NCBI GenBank assembly: GCA_964187785.1
Contig: OZ076409.1
Location: 69,814,001 to 69,878,000, forward strand
Direction of reading: 5' to 3'
DNA: 64,000 bases
From: Amphiscolops sp. MND2022
Taxonomy: Eukaryota
Shown: positions 38,451 to 50,266 of the stretch, piece by piece
Layout: every line of letters starts with the position of its first letter
How positions within the stretch are numbered: position 1 is the stretch's first letter
Program-made: the position numbers and the translations under genes
The notes under the pieces: generated by a model
Told to the model about the DNA's origin: nothing
Database searches by the model: none
Seen by the model: the letters and a program-made list of their open reading frames with translations, nothing else

Positions 38451-40266
38451 ACATTTAGTGGAATATTTGATTATCAATAATTTCCATGATTCTGTCATGA
38501 TTTACGATAATGTATCATAGTAGTCAATTTTTTGCCCTAATTGCTACGTTTTGAATACTCTCACATTCTTGTAAATTTATTACACGGAGCAAGAAACTTC
38601 TAAACGTATTTCAGTAGCTCCAATCTTTTTCCGACGCAAGATATGTTCGAAAGATCGGTTCAATGTGACGAAAAAGTGTCTGCTTTTTGCAACATTAAAA
38701 TCATCTTTAAAGAAATCACCAAATTTGCAAAACAGTTTCTCAACAGAGGGATTCTGGAAATACAAAAACCAATCAGGCTGGTTTTTCCAACAACTATGAA
38801 CATTTTTGGCGGCTTCTAAATTTTTCAGACTGTTTTCTGTCTCCAGCTACTGAAAGCTGTCCGTCCTTCGAACCCAAGTACTCAACGGTTTTACTTTTCC
38901 TCAAACGTATTGCGCTCTCCACTCGTTTCCAATTCAATTGAGGAACCAAAATCTGTCTGAAGCATCGATGGTGATCCTCTTGTATGACGTATTCCCTGTG
39001 ACATGCCTGGTGCATGCATGAATCATTGATGAGCCAGTTCGGTTCAATTAGAAGCGCATATCTGAGTGCACTCCTTTCATTAATTCAATAGTGACCAACC
39101 TGTCAAAATTGTACAACCTTTTTCCGAAATTCTTTCATCTTGGCGGGACATTGTTGCAGGTATGTCACTGCTTTTCTATTCTTTATATAGCCTGCTTGTT
39201 TGTGCGCATTCAACTAGAGCCTTTTCCCAACCTTGTGAACAATGAAAAAATCCAACTTCAAATTTTTTGCCTATGTCTTTCAAATTTTTATATTTGCCAT
39301 AACTGCCCCCTTAGTATTTTACAGTCTTTCTACAAGGCGTGCATTTTACTCAGAAAAAATTATATGTAATTCTTTTAATAAAGAGCTGAATCTTAGACCA
39401 ACAGTTACAAGAAACGCCTAGAAATTCAAGAGGCATATTTAAATAGGCCTGGCCTTTAAATTATTGATTCTTGTGTTAATTCATGGCAATTTTTGATTCC
39501 ATAGCTATTTTTCCTGGCTATGCCAGCGGGTTTTATGCGTAATGGGCAAATCTTGAAAGAAAACTTGTATTAACGAACGATTTTTCTTCTTATCCTTGTG
39601 GCAAAATTGAATAAATCACAGGTATCTTTCATTCCACGTTGAATTAAAAGAAACTGAAATATCCAAAAATCCAATATTATACCATCGCATTATTTTCATC
39701 CATGGCTAAAATTCTCACCACTGGAGTGTCTCTGTTCTTGATAATCGAGCGAGCATCCAAAGTAAACAAAGATTAAAATTTTCGCTCTGCCTTTGTTACG
39801 AATAATTAATCATAGGTGGACATTTTTATCTTTTTTGTTGTTATTTTTTTCACTTCAGCGCTTTCGTTTTGCCAATTTGAGAGATTAATTCTCCGCCGAC
39901 TTGAGCGGCCGAAAGTTCCAAGTAAATATTTTAATGGATTAATTTTTAATATAATTTCTCTTCTCTGTTATTTTTTACACCTTTGTTGAAATTTTTATCA
40001 ATAGCAGTAGTTTAACAGAAGTAACTGGATTACTTCTTGAGCGCTAGCGTTCGTTAATTGAATTCGCTTCAATCGATAAAACTAAATGTGGTATCGCGTG
40101 TTATGTTTCGTTTTGGAAGAAGTTTTATGAATGGTTAGCAATATAAACACCTGGAATTTTGGATATACAGCTCGTAAGCATCTATTGCAGTTTCTTTCAA
40201 TTTTTTTCAGTAAAAATATTCCCTCCTATTTACTTGAATATCTCAACTTGAAACATTGTTTGAGGT

Positions 40267-43200
40267 TGTGGCATGAAATGGCTAAACGAACCATACTGCC
40301 AAAATGGACAGTGAACTACCTGCCACTTTTATGATGTCATGTAACACTGATGCGTATATAGAAAAACTGAGATCATACATACAACTTAGATTTGCTTAGA
40401 TCGATACGCACTTGCTTTTAATACATTGTATTTATCCTCCTGTTTCTCCAAGTTACTTCATGGCGCAGTCAGCATCTTGAACAAAAAGAAAAAACAATGG
40501 ATAATAACAACACTGACCTCAATTCCACGGAGGACAGACCGATGTCTTCGGAACAGACAACACGGACAACCAACAATCAAACGATGTCAGAAAGAGCGGA
40601 AAAAAGCAAATACAAGATTCCCATTTTGTCTGATAGAGAAACTGATCTTACCAAAGCCAACCCAAAGATGTGGTGGGAACAAATTTCAGAATACATTCTT
40701 CTGACCTACAACCGAAACTTGGACGAAATTACCGATGAAGGAGTAGAATACATGGACCCCCACACGGTATACCATATAAAAGGTGACGTTATTTGGGCTT
40801 TAGGCCCAAAAGCCAAACATGAGATCATGAGAGGACAATGGGGCCGAGAAATAAAAGATGTCAAATTGCCCGAACTATTGACACTATTCAAAAAAACATT
40901 TCTCCCGGTAAGAAACGTCTTCCACAGCAGGGCCCAATTTTTCAACATGAAGCAAGACGATAACGAAACTTTAGATGAATATTGGAAGAGGCTAGTGGAC
41001 ATCGAGAGAAAGTGTGAATTTGGGAACATAACGGCAGAAGAAATCATCACGTACAAATTTGCAGCCACAATTAAAGATAAACGAGCCCGGGACAAATTCA
41101 TAAAGGGCCCTCTGAAAATACAACTGGTATTGGAGACCATAGAGCTCGACAATTACAACAGAAAGTACGGTGATAAAAAATCCAAAACCAAAAAAGCCAA
41201 GAGAGATTCCACAAGTAGCTCAACAAGCACCGAACTAATCGGACATACGAACCAATTACGGAAGCGGAGGACACAACACAACGAAAAAAAGAAATCAACG
41301 AACAAAAACTGTCGCTTTTGCGGAAAACCAAACTGGTCCATGGAACATATTTGTCCGGCACGGAGAGCACAATGCAATATTTGTAAAAAGATGGGACACT
41401 TTGCCAAGGTATGCAAATCCAAGACCGTAAGCCGGATAGCCGAAACGGTTTCATCGGACAGTAACACCGAATCATGGCCGGAAGTGGACCATATTCAATC
41501 CGTGAACGGTATCAACCGAGTTGATTTCTACAAAACCGTCCTATTGGTCCACGGCCAGCCAATAGAATTCATTATCGATACCGGCTCTCCAGTCACAATT
41601 ATTCCGCCAATTATTGATTTGACCGAAATGAAGAAAACGACAAAAACATTTGTGGATGTAAACAAGAACCCAATAAAGTTCAAGGGGGAAGCCATGGTTG
41701 AAGTGAAAACAGAAAAAAGCAGAGAGATATTACCTATCTTAATAACAGAAAATAAAAATACTCAACCATTATTGGGCTTGGACTGGCTTGATAAATTGGA
41801 AATTGGATTACAAGGCAGCAAGAAAACAAATGTTATTCGTCATGTGACAGAAGACGAAAGAAGAAAAAGAATCCTCAACGAATACGAAGACCTATTCAAA
41901 AACAATCACACTATCAAAGACCTTACCATCGACATTCAGTTGAAGAAAGACGCCAAGCCAATCCAGCAAAAGGGACGGCCAGTCCCTATCCATTTCCAGA
42001 AAATCGTCCGTGAAGAGTTAGAAAAACTAATAGACAAAGGACATCTGGAAAAGGCCGACAGAACAACTGAAAATTGCTTTGTATCACCCGCAGTCATCAC
42101 CATCAAAAAGGACAAATCTGTCAAAATAGCTTTGGATTCACGAAAACTGAACGACGCATGCATAAAAAGAAAAGCTGCAATGCCGAACATGGAAGAATTG
42201 ATCAGCAAAATTTCCGCAAAAATTACCAAAGGAAATGGGGATATTTGGATGTCCAAAATTGATCTAGATTATGCATACGGACAAGCGAAATTGTCGAAAG
42301 AAGCCGCAAGACATTGCGTATTTTCCATCATTGGGGGAGAATTCACCGGACACTACCGGTTCAAGAAAGGTTTCTACGGCCTATCCGACATTCCTACGGT
42401 ATTCCAAGAACACATCGACTCCGTGTTGGAATTCAAAACACCGGTCTGGCTAGACGACATCATATGCGTGACTAATGGTGACATCGAAGATCACGAAAAA
42501 GAACTGCGAGAAGTTTTGTCAAAACTGCAAGACGCCGGCTACCGGGCAAGTGAAAAGAAAACAGAATTATTCAAAAGAGAATTAACCTGGCTTGGCTACT
42601 ATATCAACCAAAACGGTGTCAAACCAATCAAGGACAAAACGGAAGCAATAACTAAATTAGAAGCCCCGAAGAACGTGAAAGAACTGAAATCATTCCTGGG
42701 ATCAATACAGCATTTATCAAAGTTTATCAACAATCTATCGAAGAAAACCGATGAAATGAGGAAACTCTTGAGAAAGGATACCAAATGGGAGTGGACACCC
42801 GAGATAGATGAAGACTTTGAAAAGCTGAAGAAAGAGATTACAGAGGCTCCATGCCTAGCACATTTCGATCCACAGAAGGAAAACTATATCACCACAGACG
42901 CATGCAACACCGGACTGGGCGCAACACTATGGCAGAAAGAAGGTGAAATTTTCAGACCCGTAGCATTCGCAAGTAGATTTTTAACTGATTGTGAAAAGAA
43001 ATACGCAATTAATGAATTAGAATTACTAGGGGCTCTGTGGGGTTTAGAATACTTCAGGTATTTTGTGTACGGAAAAAGAGTAAATTTGTTAACAGATCAC
43101 CAGGCGTTACAACCGCTGTTAAAAAAGAACCGAGCTCATAAACAATACAGCGCACGATTAACACGCTGGCTGGATAGGTTGAGCCATTTCGATGTTAATG

Positions 43201-46182
43201 TCCAATACACGGCCGGTAAAAACATTCCGCTGACGGACTATTTGAGCCGTCATCCGATTATACCATCCGAGACCACCGAACTAGAAAACAAAGCGGACGG
43301 ATTAATCGAAGCGGAAGCCGAAGAAGAGTTCGTCATTAATCAAATATACGGCTTATTAGAATTCAACCAAAAACGCGGCAGCATAAAACGATTCACTGAA
43401 CAAAACGACACGACAGAAAAATTCAACCAATCACAACGCGGTTTCAACACACGCGAACGGAACCAAAATACTCATTTGCTTAAAGCCTCACCGTTACCAA
43501 ACAGCAGCATTCTAAACTCATTCAAAACTTTACCGCCGCCAAGCAATAAAATGGACAAAGTCAACGGAATCGATATGGATTTCATATTTAAAAAGAGGGG
43601 CCACTCACCAGAAACGAAACGTTTATGGATTGAAAGAAATCATATCCTAAAACCGGACAAAACACGAATAGTGGGCAAGGGCAAAGAAAGCGAGAGAATT
43701 CAAGAATACAGGCCCAATCAAGCGGGGCGAAAACGAATTGCGGAATTAAACATTGAAATTTATAACCGTTTCTTCCACTATTGCGAAACATTAAACACGA
43801 CCCCTCTACAAGAATTCCAACAGGACAACAATGAATCCTGGATCAACAGCAATCAGTCCGATGGAGAAAGCCAGACGAGCCGAATAAAGCAAGACAAATG
43901 CCCCACCAACGCATTGAGACGGTTCAAGAAGCACGAAACGGTCAATCTCATTAGACTGAAACAGACGGCCAAACTGAACACGCTAGAGCCAGAGCAAAAC
44001 GAAAATACCGCTAACGTACTGAAGAAAGCTGAGAAGGATTTTGCACTGGACTTGCCTCTACTAGTGGAGGAGACAGCACGCGATATCAAAATTCTAAACA
44101 CAATTGCCGCAATTGAACAGCAACAATTGGAGAGTATATTCTATCCATACCGCCCCCACCGCCTACATCTATCAACCAGATTCGGACTGCTATTCTATAA
44201 CGACAGAATAGTCATACCGGAAAACATGCGGTCGACAATCATCGCTATGCTGCATCACGGCCATGTCTCCAAAAATAAAATGGAACAACTTGCAGAAGCC
44301 TTCTGGTGGCCCGGCCTGAACCGAGACGTGCACGAAAAAGCGGAAACATGCCCGAGTTGTAGAGCCGCAGGTAAGAACATCATTACACAAATTCCGTCAA
44401 CGGAGAAAAATAATTTAGAAATTCTAACCGAGCCGAATCAAGAGATTCAATTGGATTTCGCCGGTCCAATCAAATCAAAATCACGCGGTGACGTTTACAT
44501 TTTAGTAGCAGTAGACCGTTTTAGTAAGTGGCCCACCGCACAAGTATGTAAAAGTGCGGATACTCGGACCGTTTTGAAATTTTTAACCGAATATTTCACG
44601 AACAACGGGACACCACAGTGCATTAGAACCGATAACGGCAGCTGCTTCAAAAGCAGCGAATTTAAAAAATTTTGCGCGGATGAAAACATAAAACGAATAA
44701 GATGCACTCCGAACTTACATACCGGCACTGGTCTAGTCGAGCGTACGATACGGACAATTAAGTCATTAACTAGAGCAAATATGGCCGACGGATTAAAATT
44801 TGAAGACAGCATCCAATTAGCAATCAAAACAATCAGACAAACTCCACACAGTAGATTAAATATGACGCCATTTCAAATGCACTTAGGCAGAAAGCCAAGA
44901 ACTGCACTTATCAACATAATCGGTAAACCTGAATGTCTGTTATCCAATTGGAAGAATACACTAACTAATTACATTTCAGCACAACCAACAGAGTTACAAG
45001 TAGTCACCATCAACGATGCTGAAGGGGAAATGGCTGACTACCTGGTGCTCAACGATACTCGAAAAAGAAGTCGTACGGTAAGCCGGAAATTCAAAAACTA
45101 TCAATTTTTAGAAAAAGAAAGCAGACCCAATTCAATGAAATGTGGTTTCAAAACGGATAAAATTTTAACGGCAACAAAAGAAACCGACCATACTGTCACT
45201 ACCTCTGACGGCAGAATAATACACAAAAAACTTGCCTCTAAACCTTTAAAATTTCAGACCCAAAGGAAACCAGACGAACCGAAGAAGGCCATCACCCGAT
45301 GCAAAAGATGTGGAAAATTCAGCAGCGACAGATACTGCGAAACACACCGACAATTAGACAACAACAACAACGATGCCGAGGAAGGACCGAGCACCAGCCG
45401 CAATTTCCCGACAATGCCCGCAAAGAAAAAATACAAACGGGTAATCGTTTACGATTCGTCCAACACCACCGACCACAGCTCAGGAGAAGATAACCCAAAC
45501 TCCGATAGAGAAGAAGAAGATCCGGAAGAGGCAGACCTCAGAGCCGAGATCGGACGTGAAATTGAAAGACTGCGGGAACAGACACCGGCACCCACAACAC
45601 AAGTCGGATGTAGCACCGGACGGGCCAATACTCCACCACAGCCGGATGTTCAGGGCACACCGATACACCGCCAAACAACGCTCGACACTGGAATCGAAAT
45701 CGCCGAACCAGGAGACGGGATAACAGGTAAAATTAGGACGGATCAAAACTCTTACTTTGAAAAAAATCAAATAAAATCAGAACCCGAACCGCGTAGATCC
45801 GAAAGGATAAAATCAGCACGAAGAGTAGTGAAACTAGGTGGGGTAGAATATTTTTAAAACCTTTACGTTTAGGAGACACCTACACTTTCACCACTCCAGC
45901 TCGATTCCCGTTCACTCCATTTCCACGAATCAAGAAAGGCACTACACGACAACAGTGGTTCCCTTAGAAGGTCCCGGAAGAAGGGGAATGTGGCATGAAA
46001 TGGCTAAACGAACCATACTGCCAAAATGGACAGTGAACTACCTGCCACTTTTATGATGTCATGTAACACTGATGCGTATATAGAAAAACTGAGATCATAC
46101 ATACAACTTAGATTTGCTTAGATCGATACGCACTTGCTTTTAATACATTGTATTTATCCTCCTGTTTCTCCAAGTTACTTCA
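40267..46182 (+). mobile_element. Intact full-length Ty3/Gypsy LTR retrotransposon (Mag-like)
   Basis: Identical 194-bp LTRs (40267-40460, 45989-46182), TSD GAGGT, PBS TGGCGCAGTCAGC (tRNA-Ser type) directly after the 5' LTR, PPT GGAAGAAGGGGAA. Confidence 0.97.
40497..45857 (+). CDS. Single gag-pol polyprotein, 1786 aa (gag with two Zn knuckles, protease, RT, RNase H, integrase)
   Basis: CRFC..H.C and CNICKKMGHFAKVC; IIDTGS; KIDL...WLDDI; TDAC...ELE...TDHQAL; H..H..CPSC; LDFAG/TDNG/GLVER. Domain order PR-RT-RH-IN. Confidence 0.97.
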   Translation: MDNNNTDLNSTEDRPMSSEQTTRTTNNQTMSERAEKSKYKIPILSDRETDLTKANPKMWWEQISEYILLTYNRNLDEITDEGVEYMDPHTVYHIKGDVIWALGPKAKHEIMRGQWGREIKDVKLPELLTLFKKTFLPVRNVFHSRAQFFNMKQDDNETLDEYWKRLVDIERKCEFGNITAEEIITYKFAATIKDKRARDKFIKGPLKIQLVLETIELDNYNRKYGDKKSKTKKAKRDSTSSSTSTELIGHTNQLRKRRTQHNEKKKSTNKNCRFCGKPNWSMEHICPARRAQCNICKKMGHFAKVCKSKTVSRIAETVSSDSNTESWPEVDHIQSVNGINRVDFYKTVLLVHGQPIEFIIDTGSPVTIIPPIIDLTEMKKTTKTFVDVNKNPIKFKGEAMVEVKTEKSREILPILITENKNTQPLLGLDWLDKLEIGLQGSKKTNVIRHVTEDERRKRILNEYEDLFKNNHTIKDLTIDIQLKKDAKPIQQKGRPVPIHFQKIVREELEKLIDKGHLEKADRTTENCFVSPAVITIKKDKSVKIALDSRKLNDACIKRKAAMPNMEELISKISAKITKGNGDIWMSKIDLDYAYGQAKLSKEAARHCVFSIIGGEFTGHYRFKKGFYGLSDIPTVFQEHIDSVLEFKTPVWLDDIICVTNGDIEDHEKELREVLSKLQDAGYRASEKKTELFKRELTWLGYYINQNGVKPIKDKTEAITKLEAPKNVKELKSFLGSIQHLSKFINNLSKKTDEMRKLLRKDTKWEWTPEIDEDFEKLKKEITEAPCLAHFDPQKENYITTDACNTGLGATLWQKEGEIFRPVAFASRFLTDCEKKYAINELELLGALWGLEYFRYFVYGKRVNLLTDHQALQPLLKKNRAHKQYSARLTRWLDRLSHFDVNVQYTAGKNIPLTDYLSRHPIIPSETTELENKADGLIEAEAEEEFVINQIYGLLEFNQKRGSIKRFTEQNDTTEKFNQSQRGFNTRERNQNTHLLKASPLPNSSILNSFKTLPPPSNKMDKVNGIDMDFIFKKRGHSPETKRLWIERNHILKPDKTRIVGKGKESERIQEYRPNQAGRKRIAELNIEIYNRFFHYCETLNTTPLQEFQQDNNESWINSNQSDGESQTSRIKQDKCPTNALRRFKKHETVNLIRLKQTAKLNTLEPEQNENTANVLKKAEKDFALDLPLLVEETARDIKILNTIAAIEQQQLESIFYPYRPHRLHLSTRFGLLFYNDRIVIPENMRSTIIAMLHHGHVSKNKMEQLAEAFWWPGLNRDVHEKAETCPSCRAAGKNIITQIPSTEKNNLEILTEPNQEIQLDFAGPIKSKSRGDVYILVAVDRFSKWPTAQVCKSADTRTVLKFLTEYFTNNGTPQCIRTDNGSCFKSSEFKKFCADENIKRIRCTPNLHTGTGLVERTIRTIKSLTRANMADGLKFEDSIQLAIKTIRQTPHSRLNMTPFQMHLGRKPRTALINIIGKPECLLSNWKNTLTNYISAQPTELQVVTINDAEGEMADYLVLNDTRKRSRTVSRKFKNYQFLEKESRPNSMKCGFKTDKILTATKETDHTVTTSDGRIIHKKLASKPLKFQTQRKPDEPKKAITRCKRCGKFSSDRYCETHRQLDNNNNDAEEGPSTSRNFPTMPAKKKYKRVIVYDSSNTTDHSSGEDNPNSDREEEDPEEADLRAEIGREIERLREQTPAPTTQVGCSTGRANTPPQPDVQGTPIHRQTTLDTGIEIAEPGDGITGKIRTDQNSYFEKNQIKSEPEPRRSERIKSARRVVKLGGVEYF

Positions 46183-46644
46183 GAGGTGAGTTGAAGATTT
46201 GAACTAACGCGTTGGAAAAAGTTAAAAGTTTTAGTCATTTTCAGTCTCCCGATTAGTTTTTACAGAAACACTTTCGGAAATTATTATTCAGACAGAAAAA
46301 ATCAACAAAAACTGAAAAAAACGTGAAAATAGTGGAAAACGTGTAGAATACTTTAATCCATCTGGAATCAGTATCGTCAAAATTCTGCACCAAATTATGA
46401 AAAATTGTTACTTGTGAGATCAAACACACAGCGTTTTTCTGATTTTTTTTGAAAAATTCTTGAGAGTAATGACTTATCCCCTATTTTTGGAAACATTATT
46501 GCCTGAACTTGCGCAAATTCAAAATTTGTGGTGTGGTTTATGGTGGAGATCAGATGGTGCGATACTTGGCAGCAGAATTGAGAAAGTTTCAATTCCTCCC
46601 ACGGACTAAAAATTATGCATTAAACTATACTAACGATGTATTCT

Positions 46645-46824
46645 CAGAGTTGAAACCGCGCCGGGCTCGGGCCGGTCTGGGCCCGTGTTTCAGTAGGCGT
46701 AGAACAAAAAAGGTCCGAATTAAATCAATTTTCTGTCTATTAGTAGGAGTTTCAAAACATTGACCGGGCCTTGACGGGCCGGGCCGGGCCTGGGTCTGGA
46801 TATTTAGGCCCGCTTCCAACTCTG
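46645..46824. mobile_element. GC-rich MITE with CAGAGTTG termini and GGGCC subterminal repeats (hAT-like)
   Basis: CAGAGTTG...CAACTCTG; TATTCT on both flanks (6 bp evident, not a clean 8 bp). Confidence 0.65.
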
Positions 46825-47027
46825 TATTCTGATATGATGAAATTAAACAATTCGTATAGAAAAAACGCAACAACACAAAAACGCAAGACAGGGTGCGAAT
46901 TTTTCTTGGTTTTTACGTTGTTGTGACTTGTACCTTCGTGGTTGAAAACAGATGACAGTGTAGCTTCAATTTACTAGCTTATTGTCAGTACTGCGGATTT
47001 TTAAGTGGTGAAACAGGGTTGGTGTAA

Positions 47028-47552
47028 ACCCTAGTCGAGATTGCTTGAACTTTTTACATGCTGCATGGAAACATGCAGGATAATTTTTTACAAAACATGG
47101 AAAATTCCGGGAGCCTGCATGGAAACATTTTGTAGGATTACAATGCAGCCTCCACTATTTCAATTAAAACTGAAAACATTTCCACTTCTTCACCGCCGCG
47201 ATCATTTTGTTTTCACGCGTAAGTTTCTCAAGTAAGTTCCTTGTGTACCTTATGTAATCACCGTTAGTCAAATAGCACGCTGAATATGACACTACTTTGA
47301 AACTTGTATTGGGACTGAAGTTTATTTGCATTGAAAACGCGGTAAAATTGATGACGGTCTCAGCTGCTTTCAAAATTAGAACGGCGTCTTAATGCAACCT
47401 GCAAAACTTTGCGGCGCAAAATTGCCGCCAAATTTAGGATGCATCTTATAGGCAGCTTGATAAAATTAAATCGAATCAGTGAAGTTTTGTTGCATGGACT
47501 TTTTTTTGAGAATTTTAAAAAATCATGGAAAATTAGCTTTGTAACTTCTAAA
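47028..47552. repeat. Dispersed repeat, paralog of 14030-14745
   Basis: Direct sequence similarity; the ORF track shows the same spurious peptides at both loci. Confidence 0.85.
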
Positions 47553-50164
47553 AATTGATTCCAAGCAACATGAAAACTTGCAACTAAAAACGTTTTATGA
47601 GCAACATTGTTTTAACCTTAAATCTCCCGAATTATTTTGTCCCAAGTCATGAAAAACCTTGGCTACTTTTTTTCTTGGTAAGCTTACTAGAAAAACTGAA
47701 AATTAAAAAAAAACAGTTGCTGAAAAACAAAGTTTTGTTTTTTGGTGTTAACTAACATCTTAACCGAATGTGTTATTTTCGAACACGTTATAATAATGAA
47801 CGATAAAACCCACTACGATACTATGATACATTCGGTTTTGCTTTTGAGCAATATTTCAGAATTGAAAAGTTTTTCCTTCAAATGAAGTTGAAAATATTTC
47901 CTCCTACTGAAAGGTTTATTCGTCCTCTAGCAAGAAGAAGTACAGTAATGTAATGAAAATGCATTCATAGAGCTAAAGATTGACCATATTGTTTGGCTTG
48001 AAAAGAAAAATGCTTCTTGGAATCCTCTTGTGTGACCTTGAAAACATCACCGGAAAATATGAAGATTTCTATTTAAATGTACATTGTATTGTCCCCACAA
48101 AGAATATATGTGTATTTTTTGCCTGGTAGGCGTTGCTTTTTTGTACAATCGCAGTAGACGCGCTGCCTTTTCTGAGTCGACCTTGATTGACATGTTTCTT
48201 TTCATTCTTTTGTCTAAAATCAGTCAGTCAAGCAGACATGAACACATTTACTTTCTCGAGACAATGGAAAGGAACCTTTTCGACAAAAAGACAATGAAAT
48301 AAAACCAAGTGGTTCCCAAGGCCTTGTCTAAAATTACACAATTTCCCAAGACCACTTGTGTGAAATTGTTTCTGACGTATCTGGTCGGGCAAAGTCTATG
48401 AAGAAAATCAAGCCTAAATTGGGCTAATTTAATTTGCACTGAGTTTCGGAACAGTGGAATTCGACATCATGAAAGAACACAAAAAGGCCATTCAGTCAAT
48501 TTATATCTCCTTGAAAACAGTGATCATTTTGATCCAAAAAAAAGCAGATCAGGTCAAAAAGATAACCCAGTGAATCAACCTATTTTTTTCGATTAGATTC
48601 GATAAAGATATTGAAAATAAAACCATAAAACCAATGCCGTTTTCTGGTCGATGAAAGTTCTTTGTCGGTTCAATCCGTATCAGACAGTCCGCTTCTATGA
48701 AATGGTCGTGTGGAATGACTTCCCAATACTTGTGTTTTTTTTTTAAAAAAAAAGTACCAGACCTTTGCACAAATTTGGACCAACGTTACAAAATTCACAG
48801 GAAAAAGCACACTTCATATTTAAAATCTCAGTAAAAAATCAAAAAATGAAAACTTCGCCGCCAGGCCATTATTTTCTCCCGCCATTCAGTAAATTGAATT
48901 TGTTGTATACATGTATTACAATGTATTAAAATTAAATTACAATTACAATTAAATGCATTACGCAATTATTTAGTGGCGTTATTTAGTTGCACTATATTGT
49001 TGACGTAAGCATCAAAAAAGAAGTTACTAAGCCAAGGACGTTCTTCCAAGAGATGGTTTCAGGTGGAAAGATGAACTAAAGTGTACCTACCATGTCTGCT
49101 TTCCCTAGAGTATAGGAATACAAGTATTCTTTGATCCCTGGGAAAAAATTTTCCGCAATATGCTTAATAATAGGAAAATATATTGCTTGTTTGTTGTCAA
49201 GAAGCCTTCAGAGTAAGTATTTACTTCAAAAGCTTCAAAATTAGACGTAAATAAAATGAAAATGAAGTAAAGGTTTATTTTAAAAATATTTATTGTAAGT
49301 TATTGGCGCTGCAAAGAACAAAAACTGCAACGAATATTTTCAAAGTCAAGTTTTTTTTGAAGAATCTCGATTTCAAAAAAGAACACGTTACCATCAATAA
49401 AAGCGACCTTTATAAATTTTCACTTTATTCATTACTTTTGCAAAGAGTAAATCAAAAACATAATTCGGAGTTTTAAACAAGACAATAATATTCCATTCCC
49501 TTTTAAGAACAAAAATTTGGAATTAGATGAAGAGAAAATCCATCTCGAAATTTCTAGCTCATTTCACAATTTCTCAATGGGTTTTCTTGGAGTGTCACAC
49601 GGATGTCTATGTCACTAATGAGTAGCATTTTATCTGTCTGCGCTTTGAATGCTGCCATGAATGAATATTGGAAAATCAGACAAAATTCTTACAGGAATAC
49701 TTGTTTCTCCTTTTTTGTATGTAACGTCTTGAGTCTCAATGAAATTGCTTCGGCGTGAAGAACTAATGGCAAAATTGTAATTCTGAAGGTGTTGTTTTCA
49801 CACAACCCCCCATTTCTATTCTAGGTACAGTGTTCATGTCATTTCCTCTGAAATATTGATCACTGGGTTATAAACTTAATGATTACTAGTTAATGAATAC
49901 AGTGTGGGGTATCACCTGGGGTTATTGAGGATTACATCAGCACCTCATATCCGCCTGTAACTGCCCGAAATATACATGTACCTACTTCATCTTATTTACT
50001 TGTTTGCTATTTGCTTGTTTGTTTCAATTACTCCATTTACCTCGAAAGCACCCACCCCTCAAATTTCAAAAAGACAGCCTGAAAATACCTCTCCACGGAA
50101 TTTCTTACCCTGACAATCCATTGTTGAGCTTTCTATTGTTTATTTTTGTTTTTTCTTCATTTAG

Positions 50165-50266
50165 ATAGGAGATTCCTGCATCCATGTCTGCGTGAGGTAC
50201 AATCAGTTTGCGTCATACAGACTTCTTTCAACATCGGCTTACTGCAAATTTGAAGAACCCAACTCG
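50165..50266 (+). CDS. ANKRD6: Ankyrin-repeat exon (IGDSCIHVCVRYNQFASYRLLSTSAYCKFEEPNS)
   Basis: Pyrimidine tract plus TTAG acceptor, GTGAGT donor, 102 nt. GD-x-C-x-HV-xx-RYN...RLL...A-x-C matches the fifth repeat of this run in ANKRD6 as recalled. Not present in the ORF track. Confidence 0.85.

Noticed and set aside
38560..39420. Possible decayed transposase-like coding remnant (minus strand)
   Set aside because: Only short broken frames and no motif I can name with confidence.
40706..45770. Many minus-strand ORFs over the Gypsy element
   Set aside because: Antisense shadows of the long gag-pol frame.
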